From NCBI GenBank assembly GCA_963820005.1, contig CAWFYQ010000009.1:19063-83062 (forward strand): a DNA stretch of 64,000 nucleotides. Reading direction: 5' to 3'. Origin of the DNA: an uncultured Alphaproteobacteria bacterium. Its GTDB lineage: Bacteria > Pseudomonadota > Alphaproteobacteria > Rhizobiales > Methyloligellaceae. The notes under the pieces were generated by a model. That model saw nothing but the letters and a program-made list of their open reading frames with translations, did no database searches and was not told the origin of the DNA. Both the position numbers and the translations under genes were made by a program. Positions 31,496 through 41,620 of this stretch are shown here, one piece after another; within the stretch, counting starts at the first letter, position 1; each line of letters opens with the position of its first letter.

Positions 31496-32769
31496 CCAAC
31501 CGAGCTTCCCTGCATTGATCGCCCGGCGGCGAGCGCGAGATCGGCCGCGGCGTTGCCGGAGCGAATGGCGCCTTCGATTGTTGCGGGGAGTCCGGTCGCT
31601 GTCCAGTCGCCGGCGAGAAGGAGATTGGGCCAGTTGGTGACCGCGGGCGGGCGCTTGGCGTTCTCTTCGGGCAACGCCGCGAACGTGGCACGGCGCTCCT
31701 TGATGATGATCCACGGCGGCAGGTCGCCCGTGGCGCCGATGAGCTTGGCGATGTCGCCCCAAATCTTCTGGGCAAGCTCCTCGCGCGGGGTCTCGATCCA
31801 CCGATCGGCGGCGCTGATGGTCGCCGATATGCGGTCGGGAAAACTGAAAAGCCATTCCGCCGTTCCATTGATGACACCGAGCAGCTTCGGAAATCCCGGC
31901 GGCGGCTTCAGCTTGAAGTGGGCATTGACGATCGCGCGGAAGGTCGTGGGCGTGGCGATGCCGGGCAGGACGAGGCGCGCCACCGAGCCCGGAATGGCGA
32001 GAATGACCGCATCGTCCGATGCGAGCTTGACCGTCGCCTCGCCGAAGTCGAGCGCCTCGACCCGATCGCCGGCAAGATCCAATTTGCGAAGTTGATGGTC
32101 GAAGCGAATGGTCGCGCCGTTACGCTCAAGATAAGACAGCGCCGGATCGATGAAGGCGGGGCCGAGACCGTGTTGCGCGATCAGTGGACGGCAGGCGCGG
32201 CCGCCACGCGCCAGCGTCTCGCGCATGATGGCGCTGGCGAGCGAAGACGATGCCTCGGCGGGATCGGTGTTGAGCGCGGCGAGAAAGATCGGGCGCACGA
32301 GCTTTTCGTAGAGTGGACCTTCGCAGGCGATAATTTCGCCGAGTGGTCGGTCGGGCGTTCCGCGCAGCAAACGGCCAAGCGGCAAATAGTCGAACACGCT
32401 TGTGCCGGGCACGCGGCGCCGCTTCGAGAAGACCCACCAGGGCAGACGGCCGTTGTTCGGGTGGAGCAGCCAGCGCTCGCCAGAGGCGAGATCGGCAAAG
32501 GCGAATTCGGCCTCGTTCGGCCCAACCAGCTTGCCCTCGCTGCCAATGGTCCGCAAGAATGCGAGTGCCGCGACATTGGCCGACAACAGCAGGTGGTTAC
32601 CGTTGTCGAGAGTCAAATCCAGCGCGGGCTCGAAATAGGATCGGCAGCGGCCGCCGGCGTGACGGGCGAGCTCGTATACGACCACCTCACGTCCCGCGCC
32701 GGCAAGCCGTACTGCGGCGGCGAGCCCGGCCAGACCGGCGCCCACGATATGCACCGTTCCCCGGACCAT
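31492..32769 (-). CDS. hpnE: Hydroxysqualene dehydroxylase HpnE
   Basis: VGAGLAGLAAA, AGGRCRSY, DNGNHLLL and GDWTATGLPATIEGAIRSG motifs. Confidence 0.93.
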   Translation of the reverse strand: MVRGTVHIVGAGLAGLAAAVRLAGAGREVVVYELARHAGGRCRSYFEPALDLTLDNGNHLLLSANVAALAFLRTIGSEGKLVGPNEAEFAFADLASGERWLLHPNNGRLPWWVFSKRRRVPGTSVFDYLPLGRLLRGTPDRPLGEIIACEGPLYEKLVRPIFLAALNTDPAEASSSLASAIMRETLARGGRACRPLIAQHGLGPAFIDPALSYLERNGATIRFDHQLRKLDLAGDRVEALDFGEATVKLASDDAVILAIPGSVARLVLPGIATPTTFRAIVNAHFKLKPPPGFPKLLGVINGTAEWLFSFPDRISATISAADRWIETPREELAQKIWGDIAKLIGATGDLPPWIIIKERRATFAALPEENAKRPPAVTNWPNLLLAGDWTATGLPATIEGAIRSGNAAADLALAAGRSMQGSSVG

Positions 32770-33620
32770 CAGATGACGCCGTAGCGCAGCACAGCCGAGA
32801 GAAATTGCAGCTTGGACGGGGAAACCTTCCGCCGTGGCGGCGCCCAGCCGCGCTTGACGAGCTCTCCGAGCAGCGCGCCATAAACCGAGGCCATGATGCG
32901 CGGCGAGCGCACGCTGCGCCTGCCACACCGCGCCATCACCGCCGAGGCTTGCGCAAAATGCCGGTCGGCCTCGGCAACGATGGCGCCGCAGGCCTCGCCC
33001 AATCGCGGATGCGCGAGAACCTCGCCGATATTGCCGTTGGCGATACCAGCGCCCGCCAGCGCTTCCTTGGGAAGATAAAGCCGGCCCCTTTTGGCGTCCT
33101 CATCGAGGTCGCGCAGAATATTGGTCATCTGCAATGCGCGGCCGAGATGATGCGAGAGCGCTTGCCCCTTGTCCGTCTCGATTCCGAAGATCTTGACGGA
33201 AAGCCGGCCGACCGCCGAAGCGACCCGGTCGCAATAGAGGTCGAACGCGTCCCAGTCGGGTGCGCGAATATCGCGGCGAACGTCCATCTCCATGCCATCG
33301 ATGATGGCAAAGAAATCCTCTTGCCGCAGGGCGAAGGCGACGACCGGCATTGCCAGCGATTGGGTAAGGTCGGTCGCCCCGTGCCCGGAATAGAGGCGGG
33401 CGATATCGGTGCGCCAGCGATCGAGCATGGCAAGGCGCGTATCCTGCGGACCTTCGTCGTCGGCAATATCGTCGACGGCGCGGCAAAAGGCGTAGACCGC
33501 ATACATCGCCTGACGCTGCTCGGGCGGAAGAATGCGCATGGCGAGATAGAACGAGCTCCGCTTCGCGACCGGTGCACGCGCTGTCCCCGTATTGATCTGG
33601 CGATCGCGTCCGCTCATCAT
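32769..33620 (-). CDS. hpnD: Presqualene diphosphate synthase HpnD
   Basis: SSFYLAMR, FCRAVDDIADD, YCDRVASAVG, LQMTNILRDLDED and GRLYLP motifs. Confidence 0.95.
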   Translation of the reverse strand: MMSGRDRQINTGTARAPVAKRSSFYLAMRILPPEQRQAMYAVYAFCRAVDDIADDEGPQDTRLAMLDRWRTDIARLYSGHGATDLTQSLAMPVVAFALRQEDFFAIIDGMEMDVRRDIRAPDWDAFDLYCDRVASAVGRLSVKIFGIETDKGQALSHHLGRALQMTNILRDLDEDAKRGRLYLPKEALAGAGIANGNIGEVLAHPRLGEACGAIVAEADRHFAQASAVMARCGRRSVRSPRIMASVYGALLGELVKRGWAPPRRKVSPSKLQFLSAVLRYGVI

Positions 33621-34492
33621 TGCCGCCTCGGGCGCGGCGAAGCGGAAGGGCCCATGAACCGCTCGGCAAATGTCGAGGCGACGCCTCGCGCTGCTTGCAG
33701 CAGCGCAGCCGGCTTCGTGAGATGCACTCTCTCGCTCAACGGATCCCGCGTCATCAACATGGCGACCAGTTTATCGGCAAGTCCGACGATGACCCCCGTC
33801 TCAAGGCCAAGCCGCGTGTCCTTTACAGCTTGCGGGAGCTTCGCCGCCTCGGGCAACAGCGCGGCGGTCCTGCCGGCGACAATTCTAAGGCAATTCCGCA
33901 AAGCCGGCTCGGCCTTGGGTAACCCCAGGGCTTCCACCGTCGTTCCCTGCGCCGCCATGATGTCGAGCGGCACATACACCCGGTCGAGCGCGCGATAGTC
34001 CTTGGCGCAATCCTGTAGATGATTGATCACTTGCAGCGCCGCACATAGCGGATCGGAATAGGTCCACGTGGAACGCTCCTCGCCATGCAGATCGAGCACG
34101 AAGCGTCCGACCGGCATGGCGGAATAGCGGCAATAGTGCATCAGCTCGTCCCAATCCGCGTAACGGCGCTTGGTCGCGTCGCTACGAAACGCGGTGAGAA
34201 GATCGAGCGGATGGGTTGGAGCAAGTCCCCTCTCCGCCAGAACCTGCCGCAGCGCAAGCGCGGGCGTGGCGGCATCGGACTTGCCGAGAAGAGTGTGTTC
34301 GAGCTCATCCAGTCCAGCCAATTTGTTTTCTTCAGACAGGCCCGGATGATCGGCGATGTCGTCGGCGGCGCGCGCAAAACGGTAGAAGCTCAGGATCGGC
34401 GCTCGGTGGCGCGGCGCAATCAAATGCGACGCAACAGGAAAGTTCTCGCCGTGCTCCGTCTTGCTCGGATCGATCAAGTCGGTCAGCGTCAT
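33617..34492 (-). CDS. hpnC: Squalene synthase HpnC (hydroxysqualene synthase)
   Basis: ENFPVAS, FARAADDIADH, YCRYSAMPVGR and LQVINHLQDC motifs. ATG overlaps the hpnB stop. Confidence 0.95.
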   Translation of the reverse strand: MTLTDLIDPSKTEHGENFPVASHLIAPRHRAPILSFYRFARAADDIADHPGLSEENKLAGLDELEHTLLGKSDAATPALALRQVLAERGLAPTHPLDLLTAFRSDATKRRYADWDELMHYCRYSAMPVGRFVLDLHGEERSTWTYSDPLCAALQVINHLQDCAKDYRALDRVYVPLDIMAAQGTTVEALGLPKAEPALRNCLRIVAGRTAALLPEAAKLPQAVKDTRLGLETGVIVGLADKLVAMLMTRDPLSERVHLTKPAALLQAARGVASTFAERFMGPSASPRPRRQ

Positions 34493-35652
34493 CGCTTCGC
34501 CAACGACGCCTGGCTGCGCCCCTTCCATTGTCCGCCCCTGCCCCGCCAATGCAGCCATGCCGAATCCAAGGTGAACGTCAAATAGGCCAAGGCAATCAGC
34601 GGCAAGGCTGCTGCCCACATTAGGGATCGGCGATAGAAGCTCAGAATCGGCAAATAGGCCAATGTCATCAAGGCCCAGGCCACGGCCGCAACTGCATTCG
34701 CTGGATAGCCGCCAAATATAGCGAGAACCGGTGGTGCGAGAAACGTCAGCGCCATGCCAGTTATGGTAGCCGCAAGCAGCAGCGGCGAATACCGCAGTTG
34801 CGCGTAGGCGGATCGGGCGATCATCTGACGCAGGTCGCGAAGATGAGGATAGGACCTGAGGCTCACGACATCGCGGCTCAGACCAAGCCAGATTGGTCCT
34901 TGCCGCTTCATCAGATTCGCAAGTGCGCAGTCGTCGATCAGCGCTCCAGAGATGCCGGCAATCCCGCCCGCTCTTGCCAGCGCTCGGCGTTCGACCAGCA
35001 TGCACCCTCCCGCTGCGGCAGCCGTCTTTGCGCTGCTCCGGTTCACCCAAGCGAACGGATAAAGCATCTGGAAAAAGAACACGAAGGCTGGGATGAGCGC
35101 GCGCTCGGACGGGCTCGCGCAATTGAGCTCCACCATCAGAGAGGAGAGTACGGTGCGTGAGGCCGTGGCGCGCGCAACGAGGCGCGTGACGGCGAACGGC
35201 GCGTACGCGATGTCGGCATCGGTGAGCAGCAGGTAGTCGGGAGCGTCTTTCACCGCTTCGGCATGAGCAATGCCCTGCTGCATCGCCCAGACCTTGCCGG
35301 TCCATGCTGGCGGCGGCGGCTTACCGTGTATCACGGTGATTTCGCTGGCCGCATCGGCGGCAATCGCTGCGGCCACCTCGGCCGTACCGTCGCTGCTCCC
35401 ATCATCGACAATGACGATGGCAAGCTTGCCCGCATAGTCTTGCGCCAGCAGCGAGCCCAGGCTCAGCGGCAGCATCGCTGCCTCGTTGCGGGCCGGGATC
35501 ACGACGGCCACGCTCGGCCAGTCTGAGGACGGCCGCGGCGCCGGCTCGCCCCGGTCTTCGCGTTCGCGCGCAAGCCAGAACAAGCCGCGAAACGCGACGA
35601 GGTAAAGCCAGATGCCGAGCGCGAGGCCGGCGATGACGAGGGACGGCGTCAC
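34489..35652 (-). CDS. hpnB: Hopanoid-associated glycosyltransferase HpnB (GT2)
   Basis: VVIPARNEA, VDDGSSDGT, WTGKVWA, LTDADI, AAAAGGCMLV and LIDDCALA motifs. GTG overlaps the hpnA stop. Confidence 0.9.
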   Translation of the reverse strand: MTPSLVIAGLALGIWLYLVAFRGLFWLAREREDRGEPAPRPSSDWPSVAVVIPARNEAAMLPLSLGSLLAQDYAGKLAIVIVDDGSSDGTAEVAAAIAADAASEITVIHGKPPPPAWTGKVWAMQQGIAHAEAVKDAPDYLLLTDADIAYAPFAVTRLVARATASRTVLSSLMVELNCASPSERALIPAFVFFFQMLYPFAWVNRSSAKTAAAAGGCMLVERRALARAGGIAGISGALIDDCALANLMKRQGPIWLGLSRDVVSLRSYPHLRDLRQMIARSAYAQLRYSPLLLAATITGMALTFLAPPVLAIFGGYPANAVAAVAWALMTLAYLPILSFYRRSLMWAAALPLIALAYLTFTLDSAWLHWRGRGGQWKGRSQASLAKR

Positions 35653-36648
35653 TTGAGGTAGCCCGCGGAACCGAACCAGTCGACGGCATCGCGAATACCC
35701 GCCTCGGCCGGCCGCGGCTTGTAGGCGAGCTCGCGCTCCGCTTTCGCCGAGGTGAAAAACATGACGTGCTTCGACATTCTGAGGCCGTCCACGGTCAGCA
35801 ACGGCTCGCGCTTCGTTACGCGGGCCATCGCCTCGGCCGCGAAAGCAAGCGGGTAGAGCGGTCCGCGCGGCAGACGGATGCGCGGCGGCGACCGCCCCGT
35901 CAGGCGAGCGATCTCGCCGAGAAGCTCGGCCAGACGTCATGTTCTTCCCGCCGAGAATATAGCGCTCGCCGATCCGGCCATGCCTCAGCGCTCCGACATG
36001 GCCTTCGGCGACGTCATCGACATGCACCAGATTGAGTCCGGTATCGACGAAAGCCGGAATACGACCTGAGGCCGCCTCGACGATCATGCGTCCGGTCGGC
36101 GTGGGCCGGCGATCGCGCGGCCCGACCGGGGTCGAAGGATTGACGATCACGGCCGGCAGGCCATTCCCGACCATCCTTTCAACCAATCGCTCGGCGGCGA
36201 TCTTGCTGCGCTTATAGGCGCCGATCGCTTCGCTCTCGGCGAGCGGCATGGTCTCGTCGGCAGGCGCGCCGTCAGGGCAAGGCCTTAGGGCGGCGACGCT
36301 CGATGTGTAGACGATGCGCTCGGTTCCTGCCGCCTGGGCCGCCTCCATGACGACGCGGGTTCCCTCGACATTCGTCCGCAGAATTTCTTCCGGATCGGGC
36401 GCCCACAGCCGATAATCGGCGGCCACATGAAATACGTAACGCGCGCCGTTCATCGCCGACAGGACTGCGCGGGCGTCGCGCATGTCGCCCTCGACGATGT
36501 CTGCACCGAGACCATCGAGATTTGCGCGGGGCGAACCGGGGCGGACGAGCGCGCGCACGCCAATTCCAGCCGCGCGAAGCACTCTCGCCACGGCGGATCC
36601 GACGAAGCCGGTGGCCCCGGTTACGAAGGCATAATCCTCGTTCGGCAC
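35649..36648 (-). CDS. hpnA: Hopanoid-associated sugar epimerase HpnA, apparent +1 indel near 35934
   Basis: VTGATGFVG, FHVAADYRLW, YKRSK and NPSTPVGPRD motifs. Corrected end ...DAVDWFGSAGYLK*. Confidence 0.92.
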
Positions 36649-36759
36649 GGACAAAACCCCGCTCGCAGCCCGTCTCACCAGCCTAATGGCTTTCCGAGAG
36701 AGAGGTTTAGCAGGTCTTGGGCGGCGTCTTGAATCGACGATTTTTCGCTGCGGCGCGTC

Positions 36760-37218
36760 TCATTGAAGCCGGGTCCAGGTCTGGCTCCTGCCGAAGATCG
36801 ACAGGCCGAGATAGCCGCGGACGTTAAGCTTGGTGCCGTCAGGACTGAGATGCATGTTGGCGCTGTAAATCTTCCCACTCTCGGGGTCGAGGATCTTGCC
36901 GTCCTCGTAGTCGAGACCGGACTGCTTCATCTCCTCGATGAAGACGAGCCCGAGGAGCGGCTGGTTGTGCCTGTCGCCCGGACATTCCGTGCAGATCGGG
37001 TTGGGGTCGTCGTCCGGCCCGAGATACAAATGCGAAAGCCGCCCGACATACACGCCGTTCTCCTCGGTAATGGTGACCAAGGCGCCCACGTTGCCGTCGT
37101 CGTCGACCTGCTGCCATACGCCTGCCGCGGTCGGCGTTTCCGCCGCGCCGACTGCCGCTTCGCCAAAAAGGAGCGTGCCGACGATCCCGAGTGCGAGGAC
37201 CGGAAGACCTAGTCTCAT
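36760..37218 (-). CDS. DUF2147 domain secreted protein
   Basis: Signal peptide, AGVWQQVDD, ICTECPG, GKILDPESGKIY and VRGYLGLSIFGRSQTWTR motifs. Confidence 0.9.
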   Translation of the reverse strand: MRLGLPVLALGIVGTLLFGEAAVGAAETPTAAGVWQQVDDDGNVGALVTITEENGVYVGRLSHLYLGPDDDPNPICTECPGDRHNQPLLGLVFIEEMKQSGLDYEDGKILDPESGKIYSANMHLSPDGTKLNVRGYLGLSIFGRSQTWTRLQ

Positions 37219-37304
37219 GAACGGCTCTTGGACCCTTACGCCACAACCTAAACAATAGCCGCTCGGCGGAGCAACTGTCAGCACCTACGTGCGAATCACG
37301 CCGC

Positions 37305-37523
37305 CTAAGCGTCGTCGAGGCCGAGCGCTGCCTTCTTGAACAGGTGGCGCGCCTTGCGCACGATGTCCTCCTCGATCCGGCGCCGCGGCAGCCGCGCCGT
37401 GGTGCGGAAGGAGAACACCGCCACCGTCAGGACCTCACCGCCGTCGTCGTCCGTGTCCCGCAGCTCGACATAAGCGCGTTGCGTCTCGCGGTCGTATTGC
37501 GCGTGCACCAGCCTGAATGCCAC
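37305..37523 (-). CDS. Hypothetical protein, ~72 aa
   Basis: Open frame with GC-rich codon usage (VAFRLVHAQYDRETQRAYVELRD...). GTG start inferred from the upstream GGGG. Confidence 0.55.
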   Translation of the reverse strand: MAFRLVHAQYDRETQRAYVELRDTDDDGGEVLTVAVFSFRTTARLPRRRIEEDIVRKARHLFKKAALGLDDA

Positions 37524-37649
37524 CTCTGCCCCCGACGAGGAAATCCTCGGCCGGAAAATGAGCCAAGGCGCGCAAGTCATCAGAAGACCGATGTTAGCGG
37601 GGCATTGTTACAGTGATGTCACAAAACCGGAGGCGCGTGGCCGGGGCGA

Positions 37650-38051
37650 TCAGGCCCTTCGGCGGAGCAGGGCGTCGAGGCTCCACGGTCCGCCGCCGGC
37701 GAAGGCGAGATAGAGGAACACGAAGCAATAGAGAATCGCCGCGTCTCCGCCATTCACCACCGGGAACGGGCTTTGCGGGGCGTGCGCCATCCAATAGGCG
37801 AAGGCCATCTCGCCCGACAGGATGAAGGCTACCGGGCGCGTGAACAGCCCGACGATCAGGAGCGCGCCGCCGACCAGTTCGAGCACGCCGGCGATCCAGC
37901 CGAGCGACAGGAATACCGCTCCGGAGTGATCGGACGGCGGAAAGCCGAGCAGCTTCGTCGCGCCGTGCTCGAAGAACAAGAGCGCCGCGACGATGCGCAA
38001 GACGCTCAAGATGCGTGGGGCCCAAACGGTTTCCAGCGTGTCGATGGTCAT
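37650..38051 (-). CDS. DoxX family membrane protein
   Basis: LSVLRIVAALLFFEHGATKLLGFP, ELVGGALL, GLFTRPVAF and NGGDAAILYCF motifs. Confidence 0.92.
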   Translation of the reverse strand: MTIDTLETVWAPRILSVLRIVAALLFFEHGATKLLGFPPSDHSGAVFLSLGWIAGVLELVGGALLIVGLFTRPVAFILSGEMAFAYWMAHAPQSPFPVVNGGDAAILYCFVFLYLAFAGGGPWSLDALLRRRA

Positions 38052-38152
38052 GTGCGGCTTCCTTCCCTGAATGGCGCCCCAGCCTTGGTTTTGCAACGTC
38101 TGGGCTTTGCAACCCGGCCTTGGTCGTCATCGTAGCGACGCTGGCGCATCCG

Positions 38153-41100
38153 CTAAAGCGCGGCGTCGATGCGAGCGATCAATTTCCTGGCACCGATCTC
38201 TTCCGCGATGGCGCGGGCCTCGTCCAGAAATTTCCGCGCCGCCGGCAGCTGCCCGGTCCATTTGCACAGCGAGCCGAGATCGGCCAGCGCCTGGGCCAGG
38301 ATGCCGGGCGTGCCGGCATCGCGCGAATAACGCACCGCCTGATCGAGATGCCTGCGCGCGCGGCGCTTGGCGGCCGGGATCGCCCGCACGAAGAAGCTCG
38401 CATTCTGCCGCAGCACCTTCGACGGCGGCAATTTGCCGTCGGTCGCGAGCTTGAGATAGACCTCGCCGAGCGCGAGATGTCCCCAGGCCAGCATGCGCTT
38501 GTTGCGCCAGCTGGCGAACCGCGCCAGCGTGTTCTCGAGATCGGCGACGCCATCCGCGTAATCGCCGGACTGCACCATGGCGACGCCGCAAGGAATCTCG
38601 ATCAGGGTCAGCTGCACGAGATAGCTGCTCTCGATGACCTCGCGCCTCAGCCGCTGGAGAATGCTCAACGCTTCCACCGGGCGCCCGGCACCCATCAGGA
38701 CCACGCCTTGCGCGCTCTCCGCCATGATGCTCTCGAAATGGCCATGCGAGGTGCCGACCGCCAGCTTGCTGTCGCCCAGCGCCTTGTCGTGGTCCTCGGC
38801 CAAGGAGGCGGCGAAGGCGGCGTACACCCAGCCGAGCGACTGGGCCGGGGCATAGCGCCTGCGCCTACCGAGCTCGATCAGCTTTGCCGCCCACTTTGCC
38901 GCGAGCGTCGCCTGGCCACGCTGCAGGCCTTCGGAGCTGAGCAAGAAATAGGTGAGCGTCTCCAGATAAGGATCCTTCAAGCGTTCGGCGGCCTGGAGCA
39001 CCCGCTTGGTCATCGTCTCGATGACATCGGGCGGGCGGCCGTCGGGCGTCACCATATAGAGCCACATCTGGTCCCACATTGCGTAAGCGATGCATTCCTC
39101 GTCGTCGAGCTCCTCGCCGATCTTCAGCGCGCGATCCAGCACCTTCTCGGCCTCGTCGAAGCGCGCGGCATTGAGATAGGCCTCGCCGAGCCAAGCCAGG
39201 ATGCGCGACAGCTCGCGGCTGTCGCCCGCAGCCTCGAGCCGCGGCCGGTATTTGTCGGCGATGCCTCGCATGCCGATGAAGTCGGCCTCCCAGCAGCACA
39301 CGAGCAGCCGGTCGACGACAATTTCGGCGAGCAGTCGGTCGTCGGCGCAAGCCGGGTCGGCGGCGATCTTGGCCAGCGCCTGGTCGAGATAAGATTGCGC
39401 CTCGGCCAGCGAGAACACGCGCAGGCTCTTCTTCGCCGCTAACGACAGGTAGTAGACCGCCTTCTCCGCGCGATGAGTGCGGACGTAGTGATGCGCGAGC
39501 GTGTCGGCGGCATCGCCAGCCTTGTCGCCGTAAAGCTCCTCGAGCGCCTCCGCCGCCTTCTGATGCAGGCTCGCCCGTTGCGGCGTGAGCAGCGAGCCGT
39601 ACAGCGCATCCTGCACCAGGGCATGCTTGAAGGCATAGTCGGCAGGGGCTTCGCCGAACTCATGGTCGACGCGGAAGATGAGCCCATGCAGCTCGAGCTG
39701 CGGCAGAAGACCGACCATCTTGCCGTTGAGATCGGCAACCTGCTTGGCGAGATTCATCGGGAACTGCCGGCCAAGCACCGAGGCCGCCTGAAGGAAGGTG
39801 ATGGTGTCGCGCCCGAGCCGGTGGACATTGTCCATGATCAGATTCTCGAGGCTCGACGGGATATCGCCGAAGCCGCCCAGTGCGCCCTCGCCCACGCCGG
39901 CGTCGCCCGATTGCTCGCGCTGATAGCCCTTTTGCGAGAGATAGCTGGCGAATTCCTCGGCGAAGAGCGGGTTGCCTTCGGACTTGGCGACGCCGAGCTC
40001 GACCAGATCCTCCGACAGCGCGTGCCCCTCGAGCCGCTCCCGAATGATCTCGGTGGCGATCACATTGGTGAGCGCGCGCAAGCGGAGCTCGAGGCCGACG
40101 CCGGCGAGCATCCAGATCGGCTGGAACTGCGGCCGGAAGCTGCACAGCAGGAGCAGTTTCTCGTCGTTCGCGCTGCGCACGATGTCATCGAGCACGCCTT
40201 GCGAGGCCGAATCGATCCAATGCAGATCCTCGACCACCAGCACGACCGGCGAGCCCTGTTCGCACAGCCGGAAGATGAACGCGCGGAGCGCCTCGCGAAT
40301 GCGCAAGCCGGTAAGCTCGGACGCGGGGAGTGCGAGCGCATCGGCAGAAGCGCCGCCGATCACCAGGTTGAGCAGATAAGAGAGCGTCGTCTCCTGATCG
40401 AGCTTCAGTCGAGCAAGACCGGCCTTGAGCCTTGCTTCGGCAAGGTCGCGCGAGGCGTCTGGCGGGATACCGAACCAGCTTCGAATGACCTCGATCAGCG
40501 GCAGGAACGGCATGCCGGCGCCCTCGGGGCGGCAGATCGCCTCCAGCAGCAGGACCGGCTGATCGTGCAGCGACTCGGTGAACTCGAAGATCAGCCGGGA
40601 CTTGCCGAGCCCGGCGTCGCCGATGACGTTGACCGGTCGGAAGCGGCCTTCCTTCACCACGTTCCAATGCTCATGCAGCAGCGCGAGCTCGACGTCGCGA
40701 CCGCGCAATCGCGTCAGCCCATGCCGTCGCTTGGCGCCGAAGCGGGTCATACCGGAGCGCAGCGCATCGAGCCGGTAGATCTCGACGCGCTGGGCCTTGC
40801 CTTTGAATTGCCGCGTGCCGAGAAACGTGGTGTCGACGAAGCCTTCGACCAGGTCGAGCGTGGCCTTGGTGATGCAGACCGAGCCGGGCTCGGCGGCGGC
40901 CTGGAGGCGCGAGGCAACGTTCACCGTGTCGCCGAGCGCGCTATAGGACATCGGCTTGCCCTCGCCGATCTGGCCGACCACGGCGGGGCCGGTATGGATG
41001 CCGATGCGGAGCAGCGGCCTGACGCCGTAGCTTGCCTCGAGCTCGCCCTGAAGGCGGGCGACGCGGTCCTGAATGTCGAGCGCGGCGCGACAGGCTCGGA

Positions 41101-41353
41101 GTGCTGCATCCTCCATGGCAACCGGCGCGCCGAACACGGCCATGATGCCGTCGCCGGCAAAGTCCTGCACCACGCCGCCATGAAACTCGATGGCCTTAGC
41201 CTGCTCGCCGGCGATGCGGCGGGTCAGCCCGAACACGGACTCCTCGCTCAGGCTCTCGGCCATCACGGTGAAGTTCACCATGTCGGTGAACATCACAGTT
41301 AGATGGCGCCGCTCGCCCTCCAGATGGAGTGCGGCGGTGGACCCTCGTGCCAT
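38153..41353 (-). CDS. Class III adenylate/guanylate cyclase fused to an AAA (STAND-like) ATPase and a TPR-like helical region
   Basis: Cyclase motifs FTDMVNFT, FAGDG and GDTVNVASRL. Walker A GDAGLGKS, Walker B VVEDLHWID, SEGNPLFAEE, and C-terminal helical repeats. Confidence 0.9.
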   Translation of the reverse strand: MARGSTAALHLEGERRHLTVMFTDMVNFTVMAESLSEESVFGLTRRIAGEQAKAIEFHGGVVQDFAGDGIMAVFGAPVAMEDAALRACRAALDIQDRVARLQGELEASYGVRPLLRIGIHTGPAVVGQIGEGKPMSYSALGDTVNVASRLQAAAEPGSVCITKATLDLVEGFVDTTFLGTRQFKGKAQRVEIYRLDALRSGMTRFGAKRRHGLTRLRGRDVELALLHEHWNVVKEGRFRPVNVIGDAGLGKSRLIFEFTESLHDQPVLLLEAICRPEGAGMPFLPLIEVIRSWFGIPPDASRDLAEARLKAGLARLKLDQETTLSYLLNLVIGGASADALALPASELTGLRIREALRAFIFRLCEQGSPVVLVVEDLHWIDSASQGVLDDIVRSANDEKLLLLCSFRPQFQPIWMLAGVGLELRLRALTNVIATEIIRERLEGHALSEDLVELGVAKSEGNPLFAEEFASYLSQKGYQREQSGDAGVGEGALGGFGDIPSSLENLIMDNVHRLGRDTITFLQAASVLGRQFPMNLAKQVADLNGKMVGLLPQLELHGLIFRVDHEFGEAPADYAFKHALVQDALYGSLLTPQRASLHQKAAEALEELYGDKAGDAADTLAHHYVRTHRAEKAVYYLSLAAKKSLRVFSLAEAQSYLDQALAKIAADPACADDRLLAEIVVDRLLVCCWEADFIGMRGIADKYRPRLEAAGDSRELSRILAWLGEAYLNAARFDEAEKVLDRALKIGEELDDEECIAYAMWDQMWLYMVTPDGRPPDVIETMTKRVLQAAERLKDPYLETLTYFLLSSEGLQRGQATLAAKWAAKLIELGRRRRYAPAQSLGWVYAAFAASLAEDHDKALGDSKLAVGTSHGHFESIMAESAQGVVLMGAGRPVEALSILQRLRREVIESSYLVQLTLIEIPCGVAMVQSGDYADGVADLENTLARFASWRNKRMLAWGHLALGEVYLKLATDGKLPPSKVLRQNASFFVRAIPAAKRRARRHLDQAVRYSRDAGTPGILAQALADLGSLCKWTGQLPAARKFLDEARAIAEEIGARKLIARIDAAL

Positions 41354-41559
41354 GACCGAACGTCCCTCCCCGGACTCCGCGCCTTGAGACCCGTCTCGGC
41401 TGTTGCTCGCCTGTATATCCCGCGAAAGCTCACATCGGCGCCGACTATCGCCGACCGAGCATAGCAAATCCAAGGGGACTCTTGTCGAATCCCGGCGGCG
41501 CAGGGAGTTGACCCCGGCATTTCACAGGTTGGATGAAGCTTAAGGTGCGCCGAAAGGCC

Positions 41560-41597
41560 GGTGGCGTGAGCCGCCGGTCAGGACCGCTCACGCCACC
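41560..41597 (-). terminator. Hairpin downstream of glnII, likely a terminator
   Basis: Perfect 12-bp stem GGTGGCGTGAGC / GCTCACGCCACC, about 25 nt after the glnII stop. The U-tract is weak. Confidence 0.55.
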
Positions 41598-41620
41598 AGA
41601 CAGGATTGAAGCCGGCGCGA

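Noticed and set aside
34489-36678. Apparent 729-aa HpnA-HpnB fusion in the ORF track
   Set aside because: An extra base near 35934 shifts hpnA into the hpnB frame through nonsense sequence. Correcting it restores a normal hpnA stop overlapping the hpnB GTG.
36680-38150. attR copy of the tRNA-Val 3' end bounding the hopanoid block
   Set aside because: I found no CCAGTACCGCCCACCA-like duplicate by eye, so a precise island boundary cannot be claimed.
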